From contig NC_057720.1 in assembly GCF_004010195.1 (NCBI RefSeq), forward strand, positions 13,938,363 to 14,002,362: a DNA stretch of 64,000 bases. Direction: 5' to 3'. The notes under the pieces are model-generated. The model saw nothing but the letters and a program-made list of their open reading frames with translations, had not been told where the DNA came from and ran no database searches. The DNA is from Chiloscyllium plagiosum (lineage: Eukaryota). Position 1 is the stretch's first letter. Every line of letters starts with the position of its first letter. Below are positions 25,335 to 38,470 of the stretch, piece by piece. A program made the translations under genes and the position numbers.

Positions 25335-25646
25335 TGCATCGCCCCCTTGAACTGTCCCACCTGTCCATCTCCCTTCCACCTATCGGCTCTACCCTCTGCT
25401 CTGACCTATCACCATCACTCCCCCACACTCCCCCCCCCCCACCTACTTCTACCTATCGTTTTCCCACTACCTTCTCCCCAGCCCCACTCCCACCCTCCTA
25501 TTTATCTCTCAGAACCCTTCCTGATGAAGGGCATATGGCTGAAACGTCAACTCTCCTGCTCTAAGATGCTGCCTGACCAGCTGTGCTTTTCCAGCGCCAC
25601 ACTTTTCCACTCTGATCTCCAGCATCTGCATTCCTCACTTTCTCCT
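25335..25646 (+). mobile_element. PLE family A 3' end with hammerhead at 25521-25548
   Basis: CTGATGAAGGGCATATGGCTGAAACGTC; stem II mismatched. Confidence 0.75.
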
Positions 25647-26549
25647 TGTGGCATTATCGCCAGACTATACATCCAGAGATGCAGAAAATATTTTGGGGGG
25701 AGCCCGGATTTGAATCTTATTATGGCGGTTGGTCGAATTTGAGTTTATTAGAAATGTGGACTCTTCTGATGACCACAGAACTGTTGTCAGTTGTCAAGAA
25801 AAACCCATCTGGTTCACTAATGTCCTTCAGGGAAGGAAACTGTCATCCTTACATGATATAGCTACATGTGACTCCAGACCCACATCAATGTAATTGACTC
25901 TTAACTGCCCTCTGAGGCAATTATGGATGGACAATAAATGCTGGCCTGGCCAGAAACACCCACATCCATGAATAACTAAAAATAAATTCCAAAATATGCT
26001 CTTTTAAGGTCTGAGGTCTCTGCATCTTCCTTTGTTCTATGAGTGAAAACATTGTCTTTAAGATCCATTCTTTTTATTTATTTAATGTGTCTTTTTTTAA
26101 TGTTCTTATGCTCCAAGACAAACCCACCAAAACTGGTTGCTCATGCATGAAAACTCTTCACAGTCAGTAGTCATGTCTTCTGTTCACACCAGGAATAGAC
26201 AGGATTCTTCATTGAGTATGTAAATCAGAGACAAACCAGTTGAGACCCATATTTTCATCATCACTCATATTGTTTGTCCCACTTTCTTAAGCTGCCCACA
26301 ATCGGAACAGTGAGGGTTTTGGGAGGGTGGCGGGGGGAGAGGGCGGTGTCATGGTCAGTCCAGAGATTTGTGTAGGAAATTGCTATAAGCGAAGGCCAGA
26401 GGCTTGTTTATTCTTATGACAATTAGTCGCAGTAAGTCCAGTATTTTTTCAGGGTCAAGACTTCTGCCTGCTTTGGCAGCCTATTCAGAGGTAAGTTAGA
26501 AATTACACAGAGCTTTTAAGTAACTACTGTATCCACCTTCCTTCACCAT

Positions 26550-27000
26550 CATTGTTGTCATCAACAATCACTTGCTAACGAGTATAATTGTCCACTCAGA
26601 AAATCCCATGTCACTGTTCATTGGATTCTGTAGGTTCTTGTGTTGATGAGAAGCCCAAGCCTCGAGCTGCATATCCACCCACACATTTGGCTGATGGTCC
26701 CGGGAGGTGGAATTGACCCTTCAACTTGAGATCAATGGCATTCCTTTTTCCGGTTCCTTTTCCATATTTCCTCGTGCCAATGGGTGTTCTTGAGAACATG
26801 TAGTTTCATACAATAGTTCCCTCCAAGTCAGTTTCCTCTGAACAAGGGTCTCCCATGCGTTGACACCTATCTTGCATTTCTTGAGGGAAGCTTTCAGGTA
26901 ATCATTGAAATGCTTCCTATGTCCTCCTCTCATTCAAGTCTCTGCCTTGAGCTGTGCAAAGGAGATTTGCTTTAGTAATCAGAATTCAGGCACTCTACAT
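26550..27000 (-). mobile_element. RTE-clade LINE 3' fragment
   Basis: LKQISFAQL and RGGHRKHFNDYLKASLKKC...WETL....WR match the RTE ORF C-terminus. Confidence 0.75.
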
Positions 27001-27174
27001 GACTCCTAACTTTCTTACCTCATCATTGGCCTCTCTACTTTAAAAGGTGCAATTCTGATTGTCTCCATGCAAGTAAAATTCTGTTTAAATTTGGGAGTGA
27101 ATAAAATCTAATGTTTAATTGTCCACCAACTGGATATGGTGGGACAGCAGAGTTTATCACCTGGGAAATTTTCT

Positions 27175-27500
27175 TTTTAATTCATTGACAGGATGAGAGT
27201 ATTTCTGGCTGAGCCAGCATTTATTGCCCAGAGGGCAGTTCAGAGATAACCACATTGCAATGGGTCTGGAGTCATGTATCAGCCAGACAGGGCAAGGATA
27301 GCAGGCTCCTTCCCTAAAGGGCATTAGTGAACCAGATGGGCTTGCACCCAACAATCGACATTAGACTTTTATTTCAAAATTGTTATTGAATTCAATTCCA
27401 CCATCTGCTGTGGTGGGACTCAAAGCCCGGTCCCCAGAACATTATCTGGATCTCTAGATTAACACATCCAGTGATAATACCACTCGGGCCATCACCTCCC
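27175..27500 (-). mobile_element. tRNA-derived SINE (family of 660-1120)
   Basis: gccagcatttattgccc...cattagtgaaccagatggg. Confidence 0.65.
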
Positions 27501-27954
27501 CTTGACATACATTTAACAGTTATCTATTGTTGAAGAGTACAAATAATTGATTTTTCTGCATTTTCTGGAAAAGTTTTCCAGTTCAAAGATAGTTCCTTCA
27601 ACAACAGTTTGCTGCCTTCATTTAACAACCTCAGAAATAAAAACCTTGATTATAATGAAGACAAAGATATTTATCCATTGCCAACATCAGTGTCTCAGAT
27701 GTTGTATTCATTCTCCAATGGCAAGAACAAATTTTTTTAATATATAATGCTTTTAATAGCCTTAACCTCAAACTCCACAAAATCCTTTACAGCAATTAAA
27801 TAGTTTTGAAATGGAGTCATTATCATGTGGCGGAGAAATATTACAGTTATTTTGGGCTCGCGTTTCCACAAGCGTTAATATGATAACATAATATAAGAAA
27901 TAGGAGCAGGAATAGGCCATTCAGTCCCTCAAACCAGCCTGTTATCCGATAAAA

Positions 27955-28175
27955 CATGGAGGTGCCAGTATTGGATTGTAGTGGACAAGGTCAGAAGTCA
28001 CATGATATCAGGTTGTTATCCAACAGGTTTATTTGAAATCACAAGCTTTCGGAGTGCTACACCTTTGTCAGGTGAAATCATATCACTCGATGAAGGGGTG
28101 ACATTCTGAAAGCTTGTGATTGCAAATAAATCTGTCGTTTATAACTGTAACCTGGTGTTATTTGACTTTTGACAT
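27955..28175. mobile_element. Inverted pair of PLE family B termini with two degenerate hammerheads (28040-28120)
   Basis: aaatcacaagctttcggag...tcaggtga and atcactcgatgaagg...gaaagcttgtgat. Confidence 0.7.
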
Positions 28176-28179
28176 ATAC

Positions 28180-29110
28180 AATAATGACTGATCTGCTCCA
28201 GGATTGAACTCCTATTTTGTGCCTGCTCCTTCTCGCTTTCAGTTCCTTCATATTTCAAAAAAATCTATCTACTTCTTTTTTCAACAATTACAATGATCTA
28301 GTTTCTGTAACTTTCTGAGGTAAAGCCATTCACTACCTTCTCAGAGAAGAAATTCCATCACAGGAATTTTAAGCAAATGCCCCTTTATTCTGTGACAACA
28401 ATTTCTGCTGACATCCCGAAAAATGCTCTCTGTGCGCCTGTGCATTCTCTATTCCTAAACTCCAACCCAGTACCAATAAATGCCAAAATTCCATTTGCCT
28501 TCTTACTTACTTGCTGCATTCTAACTTTTTATGTGCCATGCACAAGAACACCCAGATCCTACTGTGCTGCACTTTTTGGAGTCTCTCTCCATCGTAATGA
28601 TAGTTTGTGTTTTGATCCTTCCAAACCAAGAACATGATCTCACATTTTCCAACAGTGAGCTCTGTCTGCCAAGCTTTTACAACCCAGTTACAACAATATG
28701 GAGACGCCTTAAATTCTCATCACAACAAGCCTTTTCACCTATTTTATATCATCATCAAAACTGGATACATTACACTATGCCCCTTCCCCCAAGTCATTGC
28801 TATAGATAATAGATAATTGAGGCTCTAGGAGTTATGGCACTCCACTAGTAATGCCCTTCTAACCTGAAAAAGTACCCATTAATCCTGATTCACTGTCTTC
28901 TGTGTCCCCAATCCACACTAATTTTTGCCCCGATACCGTGAGCTCCTAACTTGTGCAAGATCATTTTACATGGCACCTTATTGAAAGTCAAATACATTAC
29001 CTTTACCAGTTTCCTTTTATCAACTCTGTTTGTTCCATCCTCAAAGGACTCCAGCAAATTAATCAAACATGATTTGTCTTTCACAAAACCACATTGACTC
29101 TGTTTATCTT
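28180..29110 (-). mobile_element. Old, deleted CR1 LINE
   Basis: KDKSCLINLLESFE...FNKVP..ILHKLGAHGI. Confidence 0.75.
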
Positions 29111-29409
29111 AAGCTTTTTTAATTGCTCTGCCATTCTTCTTTGATAACAGTCTCAAGCTTTTCCCCAACAACACATGCCAGCCAAAGTAACCAAATTACG
29201 GGAAATTTTATTGATTAGTCAATAGATGGAAAAACACTGCACAGAAGAATGCAGAAAATTCCCTGATCTTCTTTGAACAGTTGGAGGAGACACTAGCATA
29301 TAAATTAGGAACCAGAGTAGGGTATTTGGCTCATCGAACTTTCACTGTCCCTCAATAAGAGCATGACTGATCTGGTTGTGGCCTCACACCATATTCTCAT
29401 GTACCCTTC

Positions 29410-30075
29410 ATGGAGTTATAGAGCCACACAGCACAGAAACAGGCCCTTTAGCCCAAATCGCCCACGCCAACCAGGTTTCTGAAATTGAATTGGTCCCATT
29501 TGCCTGCATTTGGCCCATATCCCTCCAAATCTTTCCTATCCATGCACCTTTCCAAGTGTCTTTTAAATGTTGTCATTGTACCCACATCTACCACTTCCTC
29601 TGGCAGCTCGTTCTATATGTGCACTACCTCCTGTGTGAAAACGTTGTCCCTCAAGTCCCTTTTAAACCTTTCCTCCCTCACCTTCAACCTATATCCTCTC
29701 ATTTTGGACTCTCCTATCCCGAGTAAAAGATATTGGTCATTCATCTTATCTATGTCCATCATGATTTTATAAACTTCTATTTGGTCACCCCTCAGTTTCC
29801 TAGGCTCCAATAAAAAAAGTCCCAACCTATCCAGCCTTTCCTTACAACTCAAACGTTTTAGTCTCAGTAACATTCTTGTAAATCTTTTTTGAATCCTTTC
29901 CAATTTAATAACATCCTTCCTATAGCCAGATGAAGTATATGCATTACTCCAAATGTGGCCATACCAATGTCTTTTACAGCTATACATGACATCCCATCCC
30001 CTCTACTCAATATACTGAGAGGTGAAGGCAAGTGTGCCAAACACATTCTACAGCACACAGTCTACACATGATAAG
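29410..30075 (-). mobile_element. CR1 LINE 3' fragment
   Basis: YRKDVIKLERIQKRFTRML...LRGDQIEVYKIM. Confidence 0.9.
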
Positions 30076-30089
30076 TTGCTGACTCCCTT

Positions 30090-30362
30090 GTTTGGTGGTT
30101 CAGTGGTTAGCATTGCTGCCTCACAGTACCAGGGATCTGGGTTCAATTCCAGCCTTGGGTGACTGTCTGTGTGGAGCTTGCACTTTCTCCCTGTGTCTGT
30201 GTGGGTTTTCTCCCAAAGTCCACAGATGAGGTGAATTGGCCATGGGAGATGCAGGGTCACAGGGACAGGGTAGGGGGCTGGGTCTGAGTGGGGTGCTCTT
30301 TGGAGAGTTGGTGTAGACTCCGCGGGGTGAATGGCCTTCTTCCAGGCTGTAAGATTCTATGT
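30090..30362 (+). mobile_element. HE1-like SINE
   Basis: A box tggttcagtgg, B box ggttcaattcc. Confidence 0.85.
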
Positions 30363-30924
30363 TAGTTGAGAATTGATATATCCCTGTGATTCCACCTCTC
30401 TCTGGGGAAGAGAGTTCTACAAAATCACTGCGAGAGAAAAAAAACTCATCTCTATCTTTAATGGGGAACCTTTTATTTTCAACTGTGTCTGATCTCTACT
30501 AGTGTGTTTAAAGTCTCGTGGAAGGGATGACACAGACCTGACTGGGACTGCCCAGATGTATTAGTCTATGTTAGATGTTAAATTCTCTGGAGGTAGTTTT
30601 GAACTCACATTGCTACATCTGAATGAAAGCTGACACACAATACGATGCTTGAATTATTTAACTCTCAACATCCTGCAGAATTGTGTCTAATTTTATAGTA
30701 AAAGCTGTACTCTTATCGTAATTGGTTTCATATCAACAAGCATCATCATTCATTACTCCAGGCACTGGGGCCTTAGAGTGCACTTCAGGTCATAACACAT
30801 GGTCTTCGTGATAGGTTCAAGGTTTCTGTATCACTGGCTTCTGGTTCTATTTCTCCTGTTCTCATGCCAGCTTGAATGAAGAAGTTTTGAGTCATTAGTT
30901 GCCAGGAGAAACAAATTAAACATC

Positions 30925-31085
30925 TAGAATCATAGAGTCATACAGATGTACAGCACGGAAACAGAACCTTCAGTCCAACTTGTCCATGCCAACCAGATAT
31001 CCTGTGTAAGTTTAGTCCCATTTGCCAGCTTTTGGCCCATATCCCTCTAAACTCTTCCTAACCAATGACCCATCCAATGCTTTGT
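30925..31085 (-). mobile_element. CR1 3' terminal fragment
   Basis: agaatcatagagtcatacagatgtacagcacggaaacag. Confidence 0.8.
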
Positions 31086-34000
31086 AAAGATGAAAGTCAC
31101 CAATATCCCACAGGGCTGCTCGCCCATTAGAGACTGGTGGTAGTTTAACCTGAGGGTCATCACAACTCAAGTGAGGAGAGAGGTTGAGGCCTTCATGGTG
31201 ACCTCAGCTGGTACAGGAATTCAACACACACTGTCTGTGTCTCTCTGCATCATGAACAGTTAACCGGCCAAGGGGCTTAACGATATTGTGGTAGTATAAT
31301 TGGTCACAAAGCTGCCATTAAATGACATCAGTACCTGTTCCATCACTGGTGGCACCACTGCTAATGGTTTGGTGACAATTGGACATCAGGTCCTACAGTA
31401 CAATCAATGGTAGTGTTCCTGTCTTTGATCCAGCAAGCCATGGGTGTGCGTCCCACTCCAGGACTTAATTTCTTTCAAATATTTGTTCATTGGATGTACA
31501 CTTTGCCAGCTAAGCTGATATATATTGCTCATCTCTAACTACCCTTGAGAAGATGGTGGTGAGGTAGCTTCTCGAACTGCTGCAGTCCTTAGGATGCAAG
31601 TCATGATGGCCCCAGAAGGTGCATTTCTAACAGATTGACTATCAGCCTGTGAAAAGTCTTCTGATACACATACAGAGCCTCTGAATTAGCCATGATTAAG
31701 GTGGCGTGGCACCCCCTCCAAAGCTACAGCCTCTGGCCAGGGGCTAGCAACATATTCCATGGGAAAAAAATCAAGTAATGGAAATAAACCCAAGTTTGTG
31801 TTCCGTCTACCTGGTACACTGCCAGGTGTTAGAGGAGAAAAGAAGACCCATCTCATCAGTGCAAGAAATTCAGCAGCTGCCAAGATGAAGACGTTGCACA
31901 TTTTGGTCCATCTGTCGGCAATGGGTATGGCTCCTTATCTGAGGCAGGTAACAGCCAGTGTTGTTTTAAGTGGAACTGTTCAGATCCTGATCTTTAGTGT
32001 TCACTTTATCAGACTTGCTCCAGACTAAATGGGGCTATATATTAGGTGTATTTAAAGGCATTTGCTGCGGTCTTCATCATTCTGGATGGGTGATTCTTTG
32101 CAGTCTCTAATGATGTTGTAAGATAATTATTCCCTGCTGTGTGCTTGATAACACAGCTGTGAAAAAAAAGAAATTAAATTTAAAGTCAGTGACCTTGTAA
32201 GAGCAGAACCTTTTAAATTAAAACAGCCAAGGGAGATGAAAAAGTTCACAAGTGATTGTATTTTAATTGATTTCTTTTTTATGTTGATTGTATTTAAAAT
32301 AATGATGTAGCATCTTGCAGAAAACTCATTTTTAAAATAATAAGGGACAGATGTAATGATGGAAAGATTGAAAATAGAATGGAGACTTGTAGTTCTGAGT
32401 CTGTGATACATGTTACCTTCGCTCATTGCTGGTGAGTTGATCACAGACGCTATTATTGTAACATAACCTAATGTTGCCCTGAGAGATCTGCAATAGAATT
32501 TCTGCATTATTCTGAATATTATGGGCGCTCATACTGAGGAGCGAGAAAAAAGCAGTTATGTGCATTCCGATTCTGATGTGTAATCCAAATTTTAATTGTA
32601 CCAAGAAAATAGAATAAATGCAATTTACAGTTTCACAGCCTGTGATAAAGTCAAACTTCTGCAAGCCAGTAGCCATAATCGAGGTTTAATACTGAAAGGA
32701 TTATGGGCCAGTTCAGCATATTTTAAATGAGTGCATATTCAGGTCAGCATATCTGTGTGGTTTGTTCTAACTAGATACTGTGTTTAGTGATTTATGCAAG
32801 ACTGGAGTCAATATACTCATTATTGCAGCCCCATGAATACCTTGCTATAATTCTGCTGAGGGAATTGTGTGACCAAAAAAAAATTAAAAAACTATCGATT
32901 GCCCTTAATGTTCTAATAATATCAGGTAATGATCCTTACTAGCAGGACAGGGAAGTTATTGCTTCCAGGCGCGTGTTAGCAGGAGAATTCCAGGTAACAG
33001 TCAAGCACACATTCCCAGAGGTAGACAGGAATAGCAGGTTGTGTCAGAAACACACAGAGGCTGAAGCTTTGACGTAACCCCTTGGGGAAATAAAGTTTCT
33101 CCTTCTATGGCTTTCTAAACTTCCCTCTCTTTACCTTTTTGGAAAGAGATGTGAAAAAATACGATCAGATGTGTGCGCATAGACGCTTGGAAGATGATAA
33201 CGACATTTGTAGACTTTATTTTTGCAGAGGGGACCAAGTGCCCACAATAGATGGAATATTTCAGGGTTATCACATTCTCCCACCTGTGAGTGCTCCTTGC
33301 CTGAGATATTAAAAAGCCTTTATTATACTGATGCTGGCTGCAGCCTGGGGGCCTGTGGTCTGAAGGGATCAGTTGGAGCCAGAGCTGGCTACAAGCTCAA
33401 GTCTACCATGGTCAAACCTTTGACATTTTCAGACTTTGTTCTCTTTCAGAGGATTTTTAAAGGAGAGAGTCAACGTCATTTTCCCTTGTGCAAACATATT
33501 CCGTGCTCATCATAAATAAACGGTCGTGAGGAAAGCTGTCTTTCAATTAAATTGTGCATTTCTGCAAGTATTCATCACAGAGGGACAGTTAGTGGTGCAG
33601 TCATATCACACAGAAATGGATGCTGTCAGAAGACCACCACCACATTATACTGGCTCGAGATACCTGAACAAGATTCACGGTAGCTCAGTGGTTAGCGCTG
33701 CTGCCTCACAATGCCAAGACCTGGGTTCAATTCCATCCTCGGGTAATTGTCTGTGTGGAGTTTATACATCCTGCTGGATTGTCTCTGAATGAGGCAAGGA
33801 ATATGGTCATTTCATTTCACCAGTGAGTACCAGCCAAGAGAGTTTGTGATAGGATGTGCAGGCTAGTGCCAATAAAGGGATATGAGCATATCACATTCAT
33901 GCCAATGAGATGGCATTGTACAGACACTTTGAGACCTGGTCTATGATGCTATTGACCTGTGCCACATATTGTGAATTGTTACAAAACTAAGTTGATAAAG

Positions 34001-34472
34001 TTGCCCCTACATCTTCCAGGGCCCAAATGAGAGTCCTTACAAAGAGAGATAAAAGGGAAAGTTTGGAAAGTTGAAACAGTAAGTGTTAATAGAAACCTCT
34101 GTTCCTGATATACTGACGCCACTGTCTGCATCAAGTCATAGAAGTCTACAGCACAGAAAAAGACTCTTTGGCCCACCACATCCACACCAGTCAAAAACTG
34201 ACACTATTCCAATGCCATTTTGCAGCACTTGACCCATAGACTTGCATGCCTTGGCATTATACCTCGGAATGGATCGACTATCTCCAGGACGGGATTTCCT
34301 AAATGCAGGTTCCTCTGGATGAGAGCTTCCTGGGTTTAATACAGCTATTCAGGATACCAGCACAACCACAGGCATCGCATGTTTAGATTTTTCATAACCA
34401 GGGTGTTTTCTCTGAAACTGCCTAAATTGCAGTTACACCATGGTGTATTGTGTTTCTCAAAAACATTTCATA

Positions 34473-34736
34473 GAATCCCTATGGCATGGAAACAGACCTT
34501 CCAGTCCACACCAACCCTTTACATTTACCCCCAACCTACACATCTCCGAACACCATGGTCTATTTAGCATGACCAATTCACCTAACGTGCATACCTTTGG
34601 ATTGGGGGATGAAACTCCACACAGATGCAGGGAGAATGTGCAAACTCCTCACAGACAGCTACCTGAGGTTGGAATTGAACCCAGGTCCTTGGCACTGGGA
34701 GACCACAGTGCTAACTACTGAGCCACCATGCCACCC
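34473..34736 (-). mobile_element. HE1-like SINE
   Basis: ggaattgaaccc and ctaactactgagccacc are the reverse complements of the B and A boxes. Confidence 0.8.
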
Positions 34737-34789
34737 TTGCTTTTAAGCAATGAATCACATGACTGATATACACATACAATAGTTACTTT

Positions 34790-34931
34790 CTCAATCCTCC
34801 TCCAGAAGAGTCACTGGACATGAAACATTAACTCTGATTTCTCTCCACAGCTACTGCCAGACCTGCTGAGTTTCTGCATCAGTTTCTATTTCTGTTTGTT
34901 TCAAGATCTCCAGCAGTTCTCTGTTTTAATT
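34790..34931 (+). mobile_element. Short PLE family C terminal insert with 16-bp TSD
   Basis: ATACAATAGTTACTTT at 34774-34789 and 34932-34947; agaagagtcactggacatgaaacatt hammerhead remnant. Confidence 0.7.
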
Positions 34932-35099
34932 ATACAATAGTTACTTTGCTCACAAGCTAACAATCCTTCAAATATCAAGAAATGAAAGCTCAAGTAATCC
35001 ATTTTAGTGGTGCAGGTTGACAGAAGATTACTGGCAGGGCAGTTGGAAATCTTTTTGATCTTTCTTAAAACATGTCTCAACAAGATCTCCAACATAGGC

Positions 35100-36615
35100 A
35101 TTTTAGCAAATCAGCTTGGAGATGAGTGTTGAGGTAACATTTTAAAATTTGCAGATATTAAGCTAGGGAGACTAGTCAATTGTGACGATGATGCCGAGTG
35201 ACTTCAGGTTGGCTAAATAGGCAGACACCTGGCAGCTGAATTCCATGCAGAGAAATAGGAGGTGATGCATTTTGCCAGGAGAAACACAGAGGGACAATAT
35301 AAGGTTAATGGTACAACGTTGAGGGGTGTACCGGAGCAAAGGGATTCATGTGCATGATTCTCTGAAGATAGTCAGGCAAGTTGGAGCAATTGTTAAGAAG
35401 ACTAATAGGATCCTTGGGTTTGTAAATAGGGGCACTGAGTATAAAAGCAAGTGATCTACACCTGTACAAATCATTACTCAGCCCATATCTGAACTAATGT
35501 GCTCAGATCACGGCACCTTACTTAAGGAAAAATGTTAAAGCCCTGGAGAGATTTCAAAGGAGTTTTATGAGAATGATGCCAGGAATGAAAGATTTCAGAC
35601 ACAAAGAAAGATTAGATGCATGGATAGTTAAGTAGGCAAGGTCTTTTCCCTGGGGTAGGGGAGTCCAAAACTAGAGGGCATAGGTATAGGGTGAGAGGGA
35701 AAAGATTTAGATGAGATTAGATTAGATTAGATACCCTACAGTGTGGAAACAAATCCTTCGGCCCAATTAGTCCACACCGACCCTCCGAAGAGTAATCCAC
35801 CCAGACACCTTTCCCTCTGACTAATGCACCTAACACTATGGGCAATTTAGCATGGCCAATTCACCTGACCTGCACATCTTTGGATTGTGGGAGGAAACCG
35901 GAGCACCCGGAGGAAACCCACGCAGACACAGGGAGAAAGTGCAAACTCCACACAGACAGTCACCCAATGTTGGAAGGGACCTGAGGGGCAACTTTTTCAT
36001 GCAAAGGGTGGTGCGTGTATGGAAGGAGCTGCCAGAGGAAGTGGTGGAGGCTGGTACAATTACAACATTTAAAAGGCATCTGGATGGGTATATGGATAGG
36101 AAGGGTTTAGAGGAATATAGGCCAAATGGGACTAGATTAATCTAGGATATCTGGTCAGGATGGATGAGTTGGACTGAAGGGTCTGTTTCCATGCTGTGCA
36201 TCTCTATGACTGGGCTTATTTTCTTTTGAGGAGAAAAGATTTAAGAGGTGACATGATTGAAGTGTTCAAAATTATGAACAATTTTGACAGGGTACAGAAG
36301 GATATTTTAATCCCACTAGTTATAAGCCAATAACTAGGGATCACAATTTCAAGATTTTCAGCAAGAGAGCTAGGAGGGAGATGAAGAGAAACTTCTTTAC
36401 TCAGAATTGTTAGGGTTTGGAAAGTGCTGTCTGGAAGAGTGGTGGAGGAGGACTCCATTGGAAGTTTCATAGAAATGTGCTGGATAGATATTTTACGGTG
36501 ATAAATTTACAGAGATAGGGATGGGGAGTGGGACTAGCTGGGTACCTCTTTCAGGAGCTGGTACAGGCAAAATGGGTTGGAAGACCTTCTACTGTGCTGT
36601 AAAATTGTATGATTC
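35100..36615 (+). mobile_element. Nested CR1 cluster: old CR1 interrupted by a younger CR1 3' end, itself interrupted by an HE1-like SINE (35712-35968, minus)
   Basis: aaatttgcagat RT remnant; RGNFFMQRVVRVWKELPEEVVEAG; SINE with (agatt)n tail. Confidence 0.85.
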
Positions 36616-37459
36616 TAATTGCAGGCGGTCAGGGCATGAGGTTAATGGGACACCTCTTTTATGTCACATCACTCACTTCAGTATCATACTTCAGTGTTAT
36701 GCTGGATTATGTTTTTTGAATTTTTTTTGAAACAAGTTTGCTGCCAATCCAGTCAACTGACTGGCCTTCTGGTTGTAAAGTATTGCTTTGCATGGAACTT
36801 TGTTTAATGTCATCAATACTCAATGAATTAGCTCAAAGAAAAGACAAAAGATGCAATCTACACCTGAATAACAAAGACCATTAAATGAAATTATTTCAAT
36901 GACTTATTGGTTAACTTCAAAGTTATTTTCTTTGTTCTGCCTGTGTGAATCATTAGCCGACAGACCCCTCTGATATTCTAATGTTAAATTACTTGTAATA
37001 TCAGTTGTGAGATTTATATTTTCAGTGCCATTTATTGTAAATTTCAGCTTTTGGCTTTTGAGTGAGTTACATGTGGGTTTTCTACGTTTCTGGAGTGAAT
37101 AATGAACTTGTCAGTATTTGTAAAGCCATGGTGATTTTTTTTTAAAACAGTTTTTGAGGACTAGCTTAAGACTTAATTGCTTCTTGTGCACCAATAATAT
37201 ATTTTTGTGAACCTTAGATTGTTTTGCAATCTAGTAAGGTAAATAACTGGGACTCAAGGTTTGTTGGAGATTTCTAAACATTTGTTTTAACTGAAGGCCT
37301 GCTTAGAGAGAGAGATTTTTTTGTTGGCATTAGTCCCAAACCAGAAATGTTGGGATAAAGCCATGAAGAGGTTATTTAAAGAAGAGTATGTTTCTAATTT
37401 GGTGTCCAGCACCTCTTAGAAGCCGCTATCTGTAATTCCAGTCTTTAAGTTAGGGCCTC

Positions 37460-38175
37460 GGACAGTGTTGCAGAACAGAGAGACCTAACGGTTCAGGTAC
37501 ATAGTTCTTTGAAAGTTGTGTCACAGGTAGACAGAATGGTTAAGAAGGCATTTAGCATGTTTGCCTTCATTGTTCAAACTATTGAGTACAGCAGTTGGGG
37601 TGTTATTTTGAGGTTGTACAGGATGTTGGTGAGGCCACTTTTGGAGTACTGTGTACAGTTCTGGTCGCCCTGATAGAGGAAGGATATTATTAAAGTGCAG
37701 AGGGTTCAGAAAAGATTTACCAAGATGTTGCTGGGTCTCGAGGTTTTGGGTTATAAGAGAGACTACATAGGCTGGTACTCTTTTCACTGGAGCGTGAGGT
37801 TGAGAGTGACTTTATAATGGTTTACAAAATCATGAGGGGTATCGATAATGTGAATAGCAAAGGTCTTTCCCCCAGCGTGGGGGATTCAAATCCACGGGGC
37901 ATATTTTTAAGGTGAGCCACAAAAGATTTAAAAAGAACCTGAAGGGCAACTTTTTCATACAAGAGGTGGTTTATACGTGGAACAAACTGCCAGAGGAAGT
38001 AATAGATGTAGGTACAGTTGCAACATTTAAAAGATATTTGAATAGGTACATGAATAGGAAAGGTCTCCATGAGCCAACTGTTGGCAGGTGGGACTAATTT
38101 AATTTGGGAAACTTGGTTGGCATGGATTGGTTTGACCAAAGGGTCTATTTCTGTATTGCATGACTCTATGACTCC
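37460..38175 (+). mobile_element. CR1 LINE 3' fragment
   Basis: ttggtgaggccacttttggagtactgtgtacagttctggtc; (atgactct)2 tail. Confidence 0.9.
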
Positions 38176-38284
38176 AAGTTAACGTCACAAGTGACATAAA
38201 TCTATTGAAGTGTTGAAGGGAGAGTTTCTGGTGTGAGTGTTGCACGGGTGTGTTGCTGGATAGCAGACATGGTGTGTTTTGGGT

Positions 38285-38470
38285 CTAAAAGTGTGACACT
38301 GGAAAAACACAGCAGGTCAGGCAGCATCTGAGGAGCAGGAGAGTCAACAAAAGACTTAGGCCCAAAACGTTGACTCTCCTGCTCCTCGGATGCTGCCTGA
38401 CCTGCTGTGCTTTTCCAGCACCACACTCTCGACTCTGATCTCCAGCATCTGCAGTCCTCACTTTCTCCTG
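38285..38470. mobile_element. Inverted pair of PLE family A termini
   Basis: cagcaggtcaggcagcatctgaggagcaggagagtcaac is mirrored by gttgactctcctgctcctcggatgctgcctgacctgctg. Confidence 0.8.
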
